Part shown: one piece after another, positions 16,792-24,772 of the stretch
How the letters are laid out: the number at the start of each line of letters is the position of its first letter
How positions within the stretch are numbered: position 1 is the stretch's first letter
DNA from: a virus
Virus record (IMG/VR): IMGVR_UViG_3300002461_000278
Location: 1 to 62,695 of that record
Reading direction: 5' to 3' (one strand)
DNA: 62,695 nt
Notes under the pieces: model-generated
Database searches by the model: none
Seen by the model: the letters and a program-made list of their open reading frames with translations, nothing else
Told to the model about the DNA's origin: nothing
Translations under genes and position numbers: made by a program

Positions 16792-17004
16792 GTGGGGAGT
16801 TGCGTGATGACGGTGGTTGAATTGGGGGGGCGACGGCGTCGTGGCGGTAACAATTCAGATGGGGGCGGCGGCGGCGATCCGCGCGATCGCTGGTTGAAAC
16901 GGCAGGCCAATCTGGTGGTCTCTCAGCTACCTGAGGATCCCGAAGAAGCTGTGCGTGTGCTGGAATTAGCCCGGAAAATTGTACGTTATTTAAGCGGACA
17001 TTAG
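16792..17004 (+). CDS. Possible small protein (70 aa); weak call
   Basis: The C-terminal half is helix-like (DRWLKRQANLVVSQLPEDPEEAVRVLELARKIVRYL) and the N terminus is Gly/Arg-rich. Third-position GC is atypically low. The ORF is convergent with the repressor gene. Confidence 0.25.
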   Translation: MGSCVMTVVELGGRRRRGGNNSDGGGGGDPRDRWLKRQANLVVSQLPEDPEEAVRVLELARKIVRYLSGH

Positions 17005-17324
17005 GCCGACTTCGCGGTGTCTTCGGCCTGCAGCTTTTCGATTTCTTTCGCAAGGTCGTGCGGAAGATGCCGCGTTTCGCCGAGGAAAATGTAGTTCAGC
17101 GGGGCGCCGGTGCGTTGGTACACCGAGATCGCGCCATCTACGCCTATACGATTGTCGCCCGTCTCGGCGTTGTTCCAGGTCGGGCCGGCGATGCCGCACA
17201 GGCGCGCAAATTCGGCTTGGCTTATGTCACGTTCCCGACCTTGCAACCGGCTGTAGGCCAGCCGAATCAGGCGAAGCCTTGGGCCCATTTGCGCTGGATT
17301 GTCCTGCCGAGGAATCGCCGCCAT
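17001..17324 (-). CDS. cI-like HTH (XRE-type) repressor candidate
   Basis: Start moved to ATG 17324, with AAGAGG 9 nt upstream. The HTH region reads ISQAEFARLCGIAGPTWNNAETGDNRIGVDGAISV. It is divergent from a Cro-like gene. Confidence 0.65.
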   Translation of the reverse strand: MAAIPRQDNPAQMGPRLRLIRLAYSRLQGRERDISQAEFARLCGIAGPTWNNAETGDNRIGVDGAISVYQRTGAPLNYIFLGETRHLPHDLAKEIEKLQAEDTAKSA

Positions 17325-17414
17325 AGGCGAAAACCTCTTATATTCAGCAAGATGACGCCATTCAGCAGTCGCTTGACTTGACACTGTTCAGTCTCACTGT
17401 AGTTTCTCGGCCTC
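17325..17414. promoter_or_regulatory. Divergent cI-like/Cro-like intergenic control region
   Basis: ATTCAG occurs at 17342 and 17360 and GTTCAG at 17386. Tandem TTGACT/TTGACA lies at 17373..17383. A possible -10, TAGTTT, is at 17400..17405, only about 10 nt before the ATG at 17415. Confidence 0.35.
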
Positions 17415-17645
17415 ATGAAGAACAAAAAACTTCATACGGTCGATCAGGTCGTCGAAACGATCGGGCGCGACCGCGTCAAGAAGCTCACCGGCAAAGACAG
17501 CACGCATCTGTGCAACTGGAGCGATGCCGGTAACTTTCCTCCGACGACCTATGTGGTGCTGACCGATGAGCTGAAGCGCATCGGCTGCAGCGCGCCGCCC
17601 TCACTGTGGCGAATGATCGAAAGCGTTAAGCAGCGCGCGGCCTGA
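17415..17645 (+). CDS. Cro-like small DNA-binding protein candidate
   Basis: 76 aa. It is the first gene of the rightward operon and divergent from the repressor candidate. The functional call is positional. Confidence 0.5.
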   Translation: MKNKKLHTVDQVVETIGRDRVKKLTGKDSTHLCNWSDAGNFPPTTYVVLTDELKRIGCSAPPSLWRMIESVKQRAA

Positions 17646-17773
17646 TTTGGTGCGCTGGCGTGTGAAGAGTCGAGTCGGTTTCAAGGCGCTTTTTCTAGGA
17701 CTATTTAGCCTGTGGAAAAGTTTGAGTAAGTCAGTTGCGTAGCGTTTGTGCGTATTTTCGAAGGAATACCCGC

Positions 17774-18037
17774 ATGGACCACGCAGCGCCATCGCCCGCG
17801 ACATCGTCGCCCGTTCCGCAGCAGAAGGGCGCGTGGGTCGTCTACGACGAGAGCAGGGACGATCGGCAGCGCTTCGTTGCGCGCAAGTTCTTCATCGGGC
17901 CGAACATGCTGCTCGATGCCGACGACGCCGTCGGCGCAGCTTCACTCGTTGAGGTGCGCAAGCTTCTCCCGGAAGGCCTGACCAATCTCGGCCGCACCTA
18001 CGACGATCCTGCGAACGTCGTGGAGACGTGGGCGTAA
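17774..18037 (+). CDS. Hypothetical protein (87 aa)
   Basis: ATG at 17774 after AAGGAA. Its stop overlaps the next start (TAATG). Confidence 0.55.
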   Translation: MDHAAPSPATSSPVPQQKGAWVVYDESRDDRQRFVARKFFIGPNMLLDADDAVGAASLVEVRKLLPEGLTNLGRTYDDPANVVETWA

Positions 18038-18909
18038 TGCAGCGCCCGCCGCCAGTGCGTCCCCAACCTCCGCAACGCTCGAAACGCTACGGCTGGTTTC
18101 GGCTGTACGAGGATTTTCCGAACCACCCAAAGTGGCGATTGATCGCGGCGAAGTCGGGCGTGCCGCTCGTCTACGTCAAAGCCTTCGTCATGGATTTGTT
18201 GTGCAAGGCGTCGAAGGCGCGCGCGCGGGGTCATCTTGGGGACATCGACTTCCACGAGATCGCGATCGCCAACGACGCGCAGGCCGAGCAGGTCGCCGGC
18301 GTCTACAAGACGCTCTGCGAGATCGGCTGGATCGAAGACGACTTCATCGTGGACTGGCTCGATCGCCAGCCCGACCACGAGGACCCGACAGCCACCGACC
18401 GTCAGCGCAACAAGCGCGCACGCGATCGCGCGAAGCGCCACAAGCTCATGGGCACCGCGAGCGAGGTTGATGAGCTGATCCTGTCACGCGTGACGGTGCC
18501 ACCTGCAGAGGAAGTCGCGCCGGTGCGTCCGACCGAGCGCATCGAGCCGCTCAAGCTCGTTTCCGGCACGTCGCCCGAAGCCAAAGCAACCAACGACAGC
18601 CGCGCGCGCGCGTGGCTGTTTGGCGACGGCGTGCGCGACACCGGCAGCGCCAGCCTGATCGTGGCGCACCACCTTGGACAGAAGCGCCTCTCGGCGGATC
18701 TGACGGTGCGGCGCTGGTATGGCGACCATGGCCGCGATGCCGTGATGCTCGCCGAGATCATCAGCGCCGCCGATCGTGACGCGCTGAACGGCGAGGCGTT
18801 CGAGAACTTGGTGCACCAGCGCCTCGAAGCCGCGACAAGGCTGCGCGAGAATGGCCCGACACTTCCGCTCGGGCCCGCTGCGATCAAGGGAGGGCGTGAT
18901 GGCCAGTAA
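18037..18909 (+). CDS. Hypothetical protein, possibly a replication-initiation/organiser protein
   Basis: 290 aa. The N-terminal region reads YGWFRLYEDFPNHPKWRLIA... The position fits an early replication module. The function is inference only. Confidence 0.55.
   Translation: MQRPPPVRPQPPQRSKRYGWFRLYEDFPNHPKWRLIAAKSGVPLVYVKAFVMDLLCKASKARARGHLGDIDFHEIAIANDAQAEQVAGVYKTLCEIGWIEDDFIVDWLDRQPDHEDPTATDRQRNKRARDRAKRHKLMGTASEVDELILSRVTVPPAEEVAPVRPTERIEPLKLVSGTSPEAKATNDSRARAWLFGDGVRDTGSASLIVAHHLGQKRLSADLTVRRWYGDHGRDAVMLAEIISAADRDALNGEAFENLVHQRLEAATRLRENGPTLPLGPAAIKGGRDGQ
18483..18494. repeat. GTCACGCGTGAC palindrome, copy 3 (inside a CDS)
   Basis: Exact 12-mer, preceded by CT. Confidence 0.9.
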
Positions 18910-19195
18910 AGACGGCTACCGCATGCCGCCGGGTTGGGAGGACGGCGTCAGTCCGGACGTCAGGCCGGCGTTGCGCGGCGTGCGGCCGGCAATGCCGGCG
19001 ACCAGGCGCATCGAGCAGGTGACGGTCATGTTCCCGGTCAATTCCGCCGAAGAGTTCCGGTGGCAGTTCAAGGACGGCAGCTTCTCGCCTTGGAAACCGG
19101 TGCCGAAGCGGGATCTTCTCAAGGCGCCGCCGGGTGCGCTCGGCATCGCGTGGCGGTCAAAGCCCGTCGAGAAGCCCGCTAAACCGATGTTTTAG
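18899..19195 (+). CDS. Hypothetical protein (98 aa)
   Basis: ATG at 18899 after AAGGGAGGG. It overlaps the preceding gene by 11 nt. Confidence 0.55.
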   Translation: MASKDGYRMPPGWEDGVSPDVRPALRGVRPAMPATRRIEQVTVMFPVNSAEEFRWQFKDGSFSPWKPVPKRDLLKAPPGALGIAWRSKPVEKPAKPMF

Positions 19196-19276
19196 CCGGT
19201 GCCGCTACACCTCTGATTCGCCTCTGGATTTTCCACACCAAATGCGGGTATATTCGCCGCGTTCGGTGGGGTTCGG

Positions 19277-19510
19277 ATGAGCGAGACAAGCGACCAGCCG
19301 GCGCCGTCAGCGCCACACGACGCATCGCCCGCCTTTAAGGTGGGCGAAACTGTTGTCGTCGAAGGTGTCGTCGTGGCCGTCTGGCCTGCCGACGGTAGCC
19401 TGCCGCCCGGCATGCAGGTCCAGTTCCCAAGCCATGCGCAACCCGACCGCGGCTGGACTAGGACGCCAGTGCCGGTGTCGATCGTGCGTCGAAGCGACAA
19501 GGCAGCGTGA
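19277..19510 (+). CDS. Hypothetical protein (77 aa)
   Basis: ORF track, with an ATG start. Confidence 0.5.
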   Translation: MSETSDQPAPSAPHDASPAFKVGETVVVEGVVVAVWPADGSLPPGMQVQFPSHAQPDRGWTRTPVPVSIVRRSDKAA

Positions 19511-19624
19511 TGAAGGATCCCGACATGACCGCGTAGCGCAATCGCATCGTCCGTGGTGAAGCCGGGCGAAGCGAGATCTCCAAGTCATAGGGCGAGGGGG
19601 CCATCGGCAGCGTGAGGACCGCTG

Positions 19625-20446
19625 GTGGGACGCAACAGGAAGTCGGGCGAGCGCTATCCTTCGGGCAAGCTCAAGCCAGCGGCAAAGCCAACAGCAGAAC
19701 CGATTACGGGCGTAGCGTGGCAGCGCATCAGAACGCATGCCATCAGGCTCGGTGCAGATCCGCGCGTGGCGTCGGAGCTGAGCCGCCTCAATCTGTTCGG
19801 CGAGCTGACGATCGTGCAGACCACCGCCGGTCAGCGCATTGGCGAGATCTACGGACAGTACGAGGCGTTGAAGGGCCTGCGTCGATCGACGCGCAGCCCG
19901 TCCTATGAGCGCGCCTTCGGCGGTGCCCGTGCGGATTCGATCGCGCGCGAGGAGGCCGAACAGGACGCGACAGAGGCTTTCCTCGAGCTGCAGAAGACGC
20001 TGCACGACATATCGCCGCGATCCCTTGAGCCGCTCGAGCAGCTCTGCGTCGAAGACCGATCGGTAAGCCGAACGCTCTACCCGGACATTCGCAATGTCCT
20101 GGAATATCTGGCGCAGATTTGGGGGCTCACCACCGTCCGTCGTGCAGGACCCGCGAAGCGACCTGAAGCAAAGAAGGCCGCGGCCGAGGAAGCGCCGGCG
20201 CCGAAGAAGGTCAACCTCGATCGACAATCTTGGATCAAGACGATCCGCACCATGCGGCCCGATCTCACCGCCGACCAGGCGGGCGAAGCCTACGACATCG
20301 CGCAAGCGCTGAAACATCGCGCCGTCTTCGTCAGCAGAAGTCCAACGCTCTCACAAAACACATTGCCGGAAGCAGCACGCATTCGCGTTGCTGGCGATCG
20401 GCCTGTCCTCAAGCTCGTGAAGAAAGGCGGCACCGATGTTGCGTAG
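19625..20446 (+). CDS. Hypothetical protein (273 aa)
   Basis: GTG start with G/C-ending codons. The long antisense ORF 19307..20317 is rejected. Confidence 0.6.
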   Translation: MGRNRKSGERYPSGKLKPAAKPTAEPITGVAWQRIRTHAIRLGADPRVASELSRLNLFGELTIVQTTAGQRIGEIYGQYEALKGLRRSTRSPSYERAFGGARADSIAREEAEQDATEAFLELQKTLHDISPRSLEPLEQLCVEDRSVSRTLYPDIRNVLEYLAQIWGLTTVRRAGPAKRPEAKKAAAEEAPAPKKVNLDRQSWIKTIRTMRPDLTADQAGEAYDIAQALKHRAVFVSRSPTLSQNTLPEAARIRVAGDRPVLKLVKKGGTDVA

Positions 20447-20704
20447 ATCAATGGGTATCTTGGCGCTCATGATGGGCTCGATCGCCAGCGCAGCGATGCG
20501 ATTGCCGAATGCGCCGCTGACCGGTCCGAGCCCGTTCTCCGGATCTGCAGGCGGGGGCAGCTATCGGGCATCACGGCAATGGACGCGCCGATCGCGCTCA
20601 GTAAAGTCGGCCGCTTCGGTGCGCCGGCGCGCGAGAAGCTGCAGTCAGCGCAAGGCAGCGTCGAAACGCCGAAAGCGTGCATAACCGGCCTTTCCGGCGA
20701 AAAC

Positions 20705-20739
20705 CGACCCAATAGGAAGGCCGCTGGTGCGTTAAAACG
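20705..20739 (+). repeat. 35-bp element, copy A (inverted partner at 31082..31116)
   Basis: CGACCCAATAGGAAGGCCGCTGGTGCGTTAAAACG matches the reverse complement of 31082..31116 at 34 of 35 positions. It lies 31 nt upstream of the TAT-signal gene. Confidence 0.9.
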
Positions 20740-20769
20740 CATCGCGACGTATCTCAGCATGGGGGTAAA

Positions 20770-21057
20770 ATGCTCTCTCGCCGAAAATTCCTGATCGGTG
20801 CATCCAGCGCCGCGGCCGCCGTCGCGGTCGGGCCGAGCTTGCCGACGCGGGAAGGTGCGTCGTACTTCACTGGCTGCGCCATCGACGCGCGCATGAAGCA
20901 AGGCGCAGCCGAGTATTATTACGCCATCGTGCATCCCGACACGCTGCGCGCGTTGAAGCGGCTCCGGCCTGACATCGTGGAGCAATTACGGAAGTCGAGA
21001 AGTATTTTGCTCGAGAGCCATCCGATCGAGATCAAAGGTGTGCGTTTCATCGAATGA
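20770..21057 (+). CDS. Small exported protein with a twin-arginine (TAT) signal
   Basis: MLSRRKFLIGASSAAAAVAVGPSLP... A GGGGG lies 5 nt upstream of the ATG. Confidence 0.6.
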   Translation: MLSRRKFLIGASSAAAAVAVGPSLPTREGASYFTGCAIDARMKQGAAEYYYAIVHPDTLRALKRLRPDIVEQLRKSRSILLESHPIEIKGVRFIE

Positions 21058-21152
21058 AACGCAATTCCTTAACCACGATCGCACGCCGCTGATTGACGAC
21101 GCGCGCGATCGAGAGCACTACCGAAACGCAAGCTCACCACGAGTGTCCTCAG

Positions 21153-21178
21153 ATGCCGGTTCCTCCAGGTGCCGGCAT
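21153..21178 (+). terminator. Possible weak intrinsic terminator
   Basis: ATGCCGG...CCGGCAT stem with a 12-nt loop, followed by TTCGCGTTTGTG. Confidence 0.25.
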
Positions 21179-21450
21179 TTCGCGTTTGTGGTGGCGCATC
21201 GGGGCGGTGCGGGAGAGCCCAGCGCCTGTTCTGCCAGCCGCGACGACGGCACCCGCTTCGCAGAGCCGCCCCCTTCTTCATGCCAGCGAAATCAGGTGGT
21301 TAACGCCCGTTATCGTTTCGGCAATCAATTAGTCCCATATCGGACCTAATCGGCGCGGCTTCACCCGTGCTGTCTGAGCGCGCCTGGTCGACCGCATCCG
21401 CCCCGATGCCCCGGTCGGCCGGGCCGCAGCTCACAACCGAGGAGCTGAAC

Positions 21451-21906
21451 ATGATCAAGCCGTCGATCGGCCGCATCGTCTGGTTTCACCCGACCCCGAA
21501 AGACCCGATCTATTCGCCGAAGCAGGTGCTCGCCGCGATCGTCGCAGCGGTGCACTCAGACACCAGCATCAATCTTTCGGTGTTCGGCGCCGACGGCTCC
21601 GGTCCCTATGCACGGCAGAACGTCTATCTGCAGCAGGATGGCAATCCGACGCAGGAAGGCGTGAGCTTCGCAGCGTGGATGCCCTATCAGCAGGGCCAAG
21701 CCGCGAAGACCGAGCAGCTCGAGGCCAAGCTCGCCGGCGACAAGAACGACGGTCAACGTGACAAGCTGCAGGAGCTCGAGCAGCTGCGTCAGCAGCAGCC
21801 CGCCGAACCCGAGAAGGCTCCGAGCTTAGTGCCCGCCGATGGCGCCGCACCTGGTGCCAACACCGAACCGGCGCCGCCGGCGCAGACCGAACAGCCGCAG
21901 GGCTGA
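21451..21906 (+). CDS. Hypothetical protein with a Gln/Pro-rich C terminus
   Basis: ATG at 21451 after GAGGAG (MIKPSIGRIVWFHPTPKDPIY...). Confidence 0.6.
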   Translation: MIKPSIGRIVWFHPTPKDPIYSPKQVLAAIVAAVHSDTSINLSVFGADGSGPYARQNVYLQQDGNPTQEGVSFAAWMPYQQGQAAKTEQLEAKLAGDKNDGQRDKLQELEQLRQQQPAEPEKAPSLVPADGAAPGANTEPAPPAQTEQPQG

Positions 21907-21931
21907 TCACTCCGCTCGAGGAGCGGCTGAC

Positions 21932-22132
21932 ATGAGCTGGCACTTCGAGAACGCAATCTTTCGAGATGAAAAACCGGGAGCTGAGTGGATACAGATCATC
22001 CGCTTGGCCTGTCGGTTTTTCACGTTCGAACGCAAGCGCTTCATCATGCTCCACTGGGGCACCGAACAGCGTTCGACGTATTTCCGAGTCCACGTCGATG
22101 TGACGTGGCGCAGACGCAGAGCGATCGCGTGA
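21932..22132 (+). CDS. Hypothetical protein (66 aa)
   Basis: ATG at 21932 after GAGGAG (MSWHFENAIFRDEKPGAEW...). Confidence 0.5.
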   Translation: MSWHFENAIFRDEKPGAEWIQIIRLACRFFTFERKRFIMLHWGTEQRSTYFRVHVDVTWRRRRAIA

Positions 22133-22581
22133 GCGGCCGTACTGTCTGGTTTCGTGACGGCGAAAAGGTCACGGGCCATCGCAAGACCGATCGCCGCCGT
22201 TCCGCATCGCGCCCGATCGCGCAGCGCCTTGCAGATCTCAACCGCAAAGGGATCGGCAAGGTCGAGGGCGTCAAGTTTCGCATGGCGTTCATGCTGCCCA
22301 AGACGCTGCAGGGCTTTGTCGCCAGCGGCAAACACGGATTCGGCGTGGAGGTCATTCGCGGCCTGGTGCGCATCGAAATGCCGTCGATCGAGCAGTGCTA
22401 CATCGAGGCGCGGTCGTTTCTCGGCACGGTCGCCAAGCAGCGCCCCGCCTTCACGGCCGTGGCCAGCATCGTCAGCACCAAGGCGCCGGAGCAATCGTTC
22501 CACCGCCACCTGACCGTGGTGGGCGGCGCGCTGGTGGTGTCGAACGGTAGTTACGAGCCCAAGGTGTTCGAGGCCGCATGA
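22129..22581 (+). CDS. Hypothetical protein (150 aa)
   Basis: The GTG start forms a GTGA overlap with the preceding stop. Confidence 0.5.
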   Translation: MSGRTVWFRDGEKVTGHRKTDRRRSASRPIAQRLADLNRKGIGKVEGVKFRMAFMLPKTLQGFVASGKHGFGVEVIRGLVRIEMPSIEQCYIEARSFLGTVAKQRPAFTAVASIVSTKAPEQSFHRHLTVVGGALVVSNGSYEPKVFEAA

Positions 22582-22742
22582 ACCCCGACGTCGTTCTCAG
22601 CCTGATGTTCCTGCAGAACGACGCGCAGGATCGCGGAATGTCGGTGCTCGCGCAGACGTACCGCTACTCGGCGATGCGGCTGGGCGCGGAGCAGGCATTT
22701 GCGCGGTGCAACGAAGCCGCCGAGAGACTGAAGCGCCAATGA
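22578..22742 (+). CDS. Hypothetical small protein (54 aa)
   Basis: Hand-translated as MNPDVVLSLMFLQNDAQDRGMSVLAQTYRYSAMRLGAEQAFARCNEAAERLKRQ. ATGA overlaps are present at both ends. Confidence 0.45.
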   Translation: MNPDVVLSLMFLQNDAQDRGMSVLAQTYRYSAMRLGAEQAFARCNEAAERLKRQ

Positions 22743-22993
22743 GCTTCACCGTCGAGCGCAAGCGCCGCCAGCCTGGTGCTGTGCCGCCGTCGCAGGCGCC
22801 GAAGGCCTCAACTCGTCCCATGAGCCGGGAAGAGATCACCACCGCGGTCGCCGACATCAAGGACACGGCGCGCCGACTGCGACCGCCCCTAAACCAGAAG
22901 CCCAACGCCTTTCACGAGGACAAGGACGAGCTGGTGAAGATGGCCGAGCGCCTCGAGGACGCATTGCGGGGCAACAGGCCACTGCGGTGCTGA
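22739..22993 (+). CDS. Hypothetical protein (84 aa)
   Basis: ATG at 22739 (MSFTVERKRRQPGAVPP...). Confidence 0.5.
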   Translation: MSFTVERKRRQPGAVPPSQAPKASTRPMSREEITTAVADIKDTARRLRPPLNQKPNAFHEDKDELVKMAERLEDALRGNRPLRC

Positions 22994-23610
22994 TCCGGCC
23001 GCAGCCGCCGATCGAGCTGACCGGCGTAGAGGGAGCACTCGCTCCAAAGTTCGCGCCGGCGCCGGATCTGCTGGAATGGGCGCAGGCCTCGTTCGTCGAC
23101 GAGGGGGCAGAGACAGCCAATCCCGACCATGCGCATCTCGGTATGGCGCGCATCGGGATGCTCTGGACCAGCGCCGCCAACGCCAAGCACGGCCGCACGA
23201 TCGTAGGGCAGGCTGAGTTCAAGCCACCCGGCGGCACTATGGGGAAATGGCAGCGCGCTCGAGCGCAGGCCCAGATTTACGGGTGGTTCGGCGGAGAGCT
23301 GGACTTCCTGCTGACGTTCTCGGCGCAATACGCCGCGATGTGCAGCGATGCCGAGTTCTGCGCCCTGGTCGAGCACGAGCTCTACCACTGCGGCCAGGCC
23401 AAGGACGAGTTCGGCGCACCCAAGTTCATCGAAGACACCGGGATGCCGGTCTTCTGCATGAGGGGCCACGACGTCGAGGAGTTCATCGGCGTGGTGAAGC
23501 GCTACGGCACGATCGCCGCAGACGTCGCCGCCTTGGTGGATGCCGCCATGGAAGCGCCGGTCCTCGATGGCCCGAAGATCCGCAGCCTTTGCGGCACCTG
23601 TCACGCGTGA
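22987..23610 (+). CDS. Putative zinc metallopeptidase (HExxH)
   Basis: The VEHELYHCG motif fits the 'putative phage metallopeptidase' type. The C terminus ends in CGTCH. Confidence 0.6.
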   Translation: MLIRPQPPIELTGVEGALAPKFAPAPDLLEWAQASFVDEGAETANPDHAHLGMARIGMLWTSAANAKHGRTIVGQAEFKPPGGTMGKWQRARAQAQIYGWFGGELDFLLTFSAQYAAMCSDAEFCALVEHELYHCGQAKDEFGAPKFIEDTGMPVFCMRGHDVEEFIGVVKRYGTIAADVAALVDAAMEAPVLDGPKIRSLCGTCHA

Positions 23611-23611
23611 C
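23600..23611. repeat. GTCACGCGTGAC palindrome, copy 4 (extended form TGTCACGCGTGACA, 23599..23612)
   Basis: It spans the TGA stop of the metallopeptidase gene and lies 15 nt upstream of the phosphatase GTG. Confidence 0.9.
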
Positions 23612-23626
23612 ACCGGGAGAGCGCCA

Positions 23627-24136
23627 GTGATCGAGATCGAGCCCAATTTCTTCGTCGGCAACCAGATCGACGAGCAGAAGGTGCGCGGCAAGGAAGGCTG
23701 GGCCGTCGTCCACGCCTGCAAGGAGCCGTATCACCGCGAGGCGCTCGGTTACTCCGGTCAGGGCGCACCCAAGGACCACAAGGAATATCTGATCGCCCGC
23801 CGCGGCGATCGCCTGTGCCTCAACCTGGTTGACGTCTCGGACCCGCAGTATGTCCGCAAGGAGATCATCGACGCGGCGATCGCCTTCATCCGCGAGCAGC
23901 TCGACGCCGGTAAGAACGTGCTGGTCCACTGCAACCAAGGCCATTCGCGGGGGCCGACGATTGGGATGCTCTGGGCCGCGCCGCATCTGCCGTTCTCGTT
24001 TGAGCAGGCGGTCGAGGCCTTCCGGGAGCGCTATCCGGACTATCAGCCCGCCGGCGGCATGCTCGGCTTCGCCATCGAGCATTGGCCGACGTACTGGAAC
24101 ATGACCGAGCGTGCGAAGTCATTGACCCCGGCTTGA
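23627..24136 (+). CDS. Cys-based (CX5R) dual-specificity/protein-tyrosine-type phosphatase
   Basis: VHCNQGHSRGPT is an HCxxGxxR signature. GTG at 23627 follows GGGAGAG. Confidence 0.7.
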   Translation: MIEIEPNFFVGNQIDEQKVRGKEGWAVVHACKEPYHREALGYSGQGAPKDHKEYLIARRGDRLCLNLVDVSDPQYVRKEIIDAAIAFIREQLDAGKNVLVHCNQGHSRGPTIGMLWAAPHLPFSFEQAVEAFRERYPDYQPAGGMLGFAIEHWPTYWNMTERAKSLTPA

Positions 24137-24139
24137 CGC

Positions 24140-24772
24140 ATGGCGGGATCTGACGAGCTGAGCGACGAGGTCAAGCGCGCCGTCGTTACAGCGCTCGCCT
24201 GCTACGACACGCCCTCGGAAGTGGCAGCGGCCGTCAAGGAAGAATTCGGCCTCGAGGTCAGCCGCCAGCGCGTCCAGGCCTACGACCCGACCAAGGTGGC
24301 GGGCAAGGGACTGAGCGCCGAGTTCCGCGCGATCTTCGACGAGGCCCGATCCCGCTATCTGGCCGACACCGCCGACATCGGCATCGCGCAGAAGACCTAC
24401 CGGCTGCGCATGCTGGAGCGGATGACGATCAAGGCGGTCGGGATGGGCAACATGAAGCTCGCCTCGGCCTTGCTCGAGCAGGCTGCCAAGGAGGTTGGCG
24501 GGGCGTTCACCAACCGGCGCGAGCTGAGCGGGCCTGACGGAAAGCCGATCGAGACGGCCAACGTGCCGCCGACAGACCCGAAGCAAAAGGTTCTCGATGA
24601 ACTCCGAGACATCTTCGGCGCCGGCGTCGGCACCACCGCCGCTGCTGATGCTGGAGCAGCGCCCGAAAACCCGGCTGGAGACGATCCAGTGGTACCGGAC
24701 GGTGCTGGCGGCGGCAGCGCAGAGGAGCCCGGAGCATCTGCGCCAGGCGAAACGCTGGCTGTGCCGGAATGA
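24140..24772 (+). CDS. terS: Terminase small subunit candidate (DUF2280-like N terminus)
   Basis: SDEVKRAVVTALACYDTPSEVAAAVKEEFGLEVSRQRVQAYDP. It lies immediately upstream of, and overlaps, terL. Confidence 0.6.
   Translation: MAGSDELSDEVKRAVVTALACYDTPSEVAAAVKEEFGLEVSRQRVQAYDPTKVAGKGLSAEFRAIFDEARSRYLADTADIGIAQKTYRLRMLERMTIKAVGMGNMKLASALLEQAAKEVGGAFTNRRELSGPDGKPIETANVPPTDPKQKVLDELRDIFGAGVGTTAAADAGAAPENPAGDDPVVPDGAGGGSAEEPGASAPGETLAVPE

Noticed and set aside
20705-20739. The 35-bp element as an EcfG (GGAAC-N16/17-CGTT) or RpoN (TGGCAC-N5-TTGC) promoter.
   Set aside because: GGAAG and CGTT are only 10 nt apart, and the GG/GC spacing does not fit the -24/-12 geometry.
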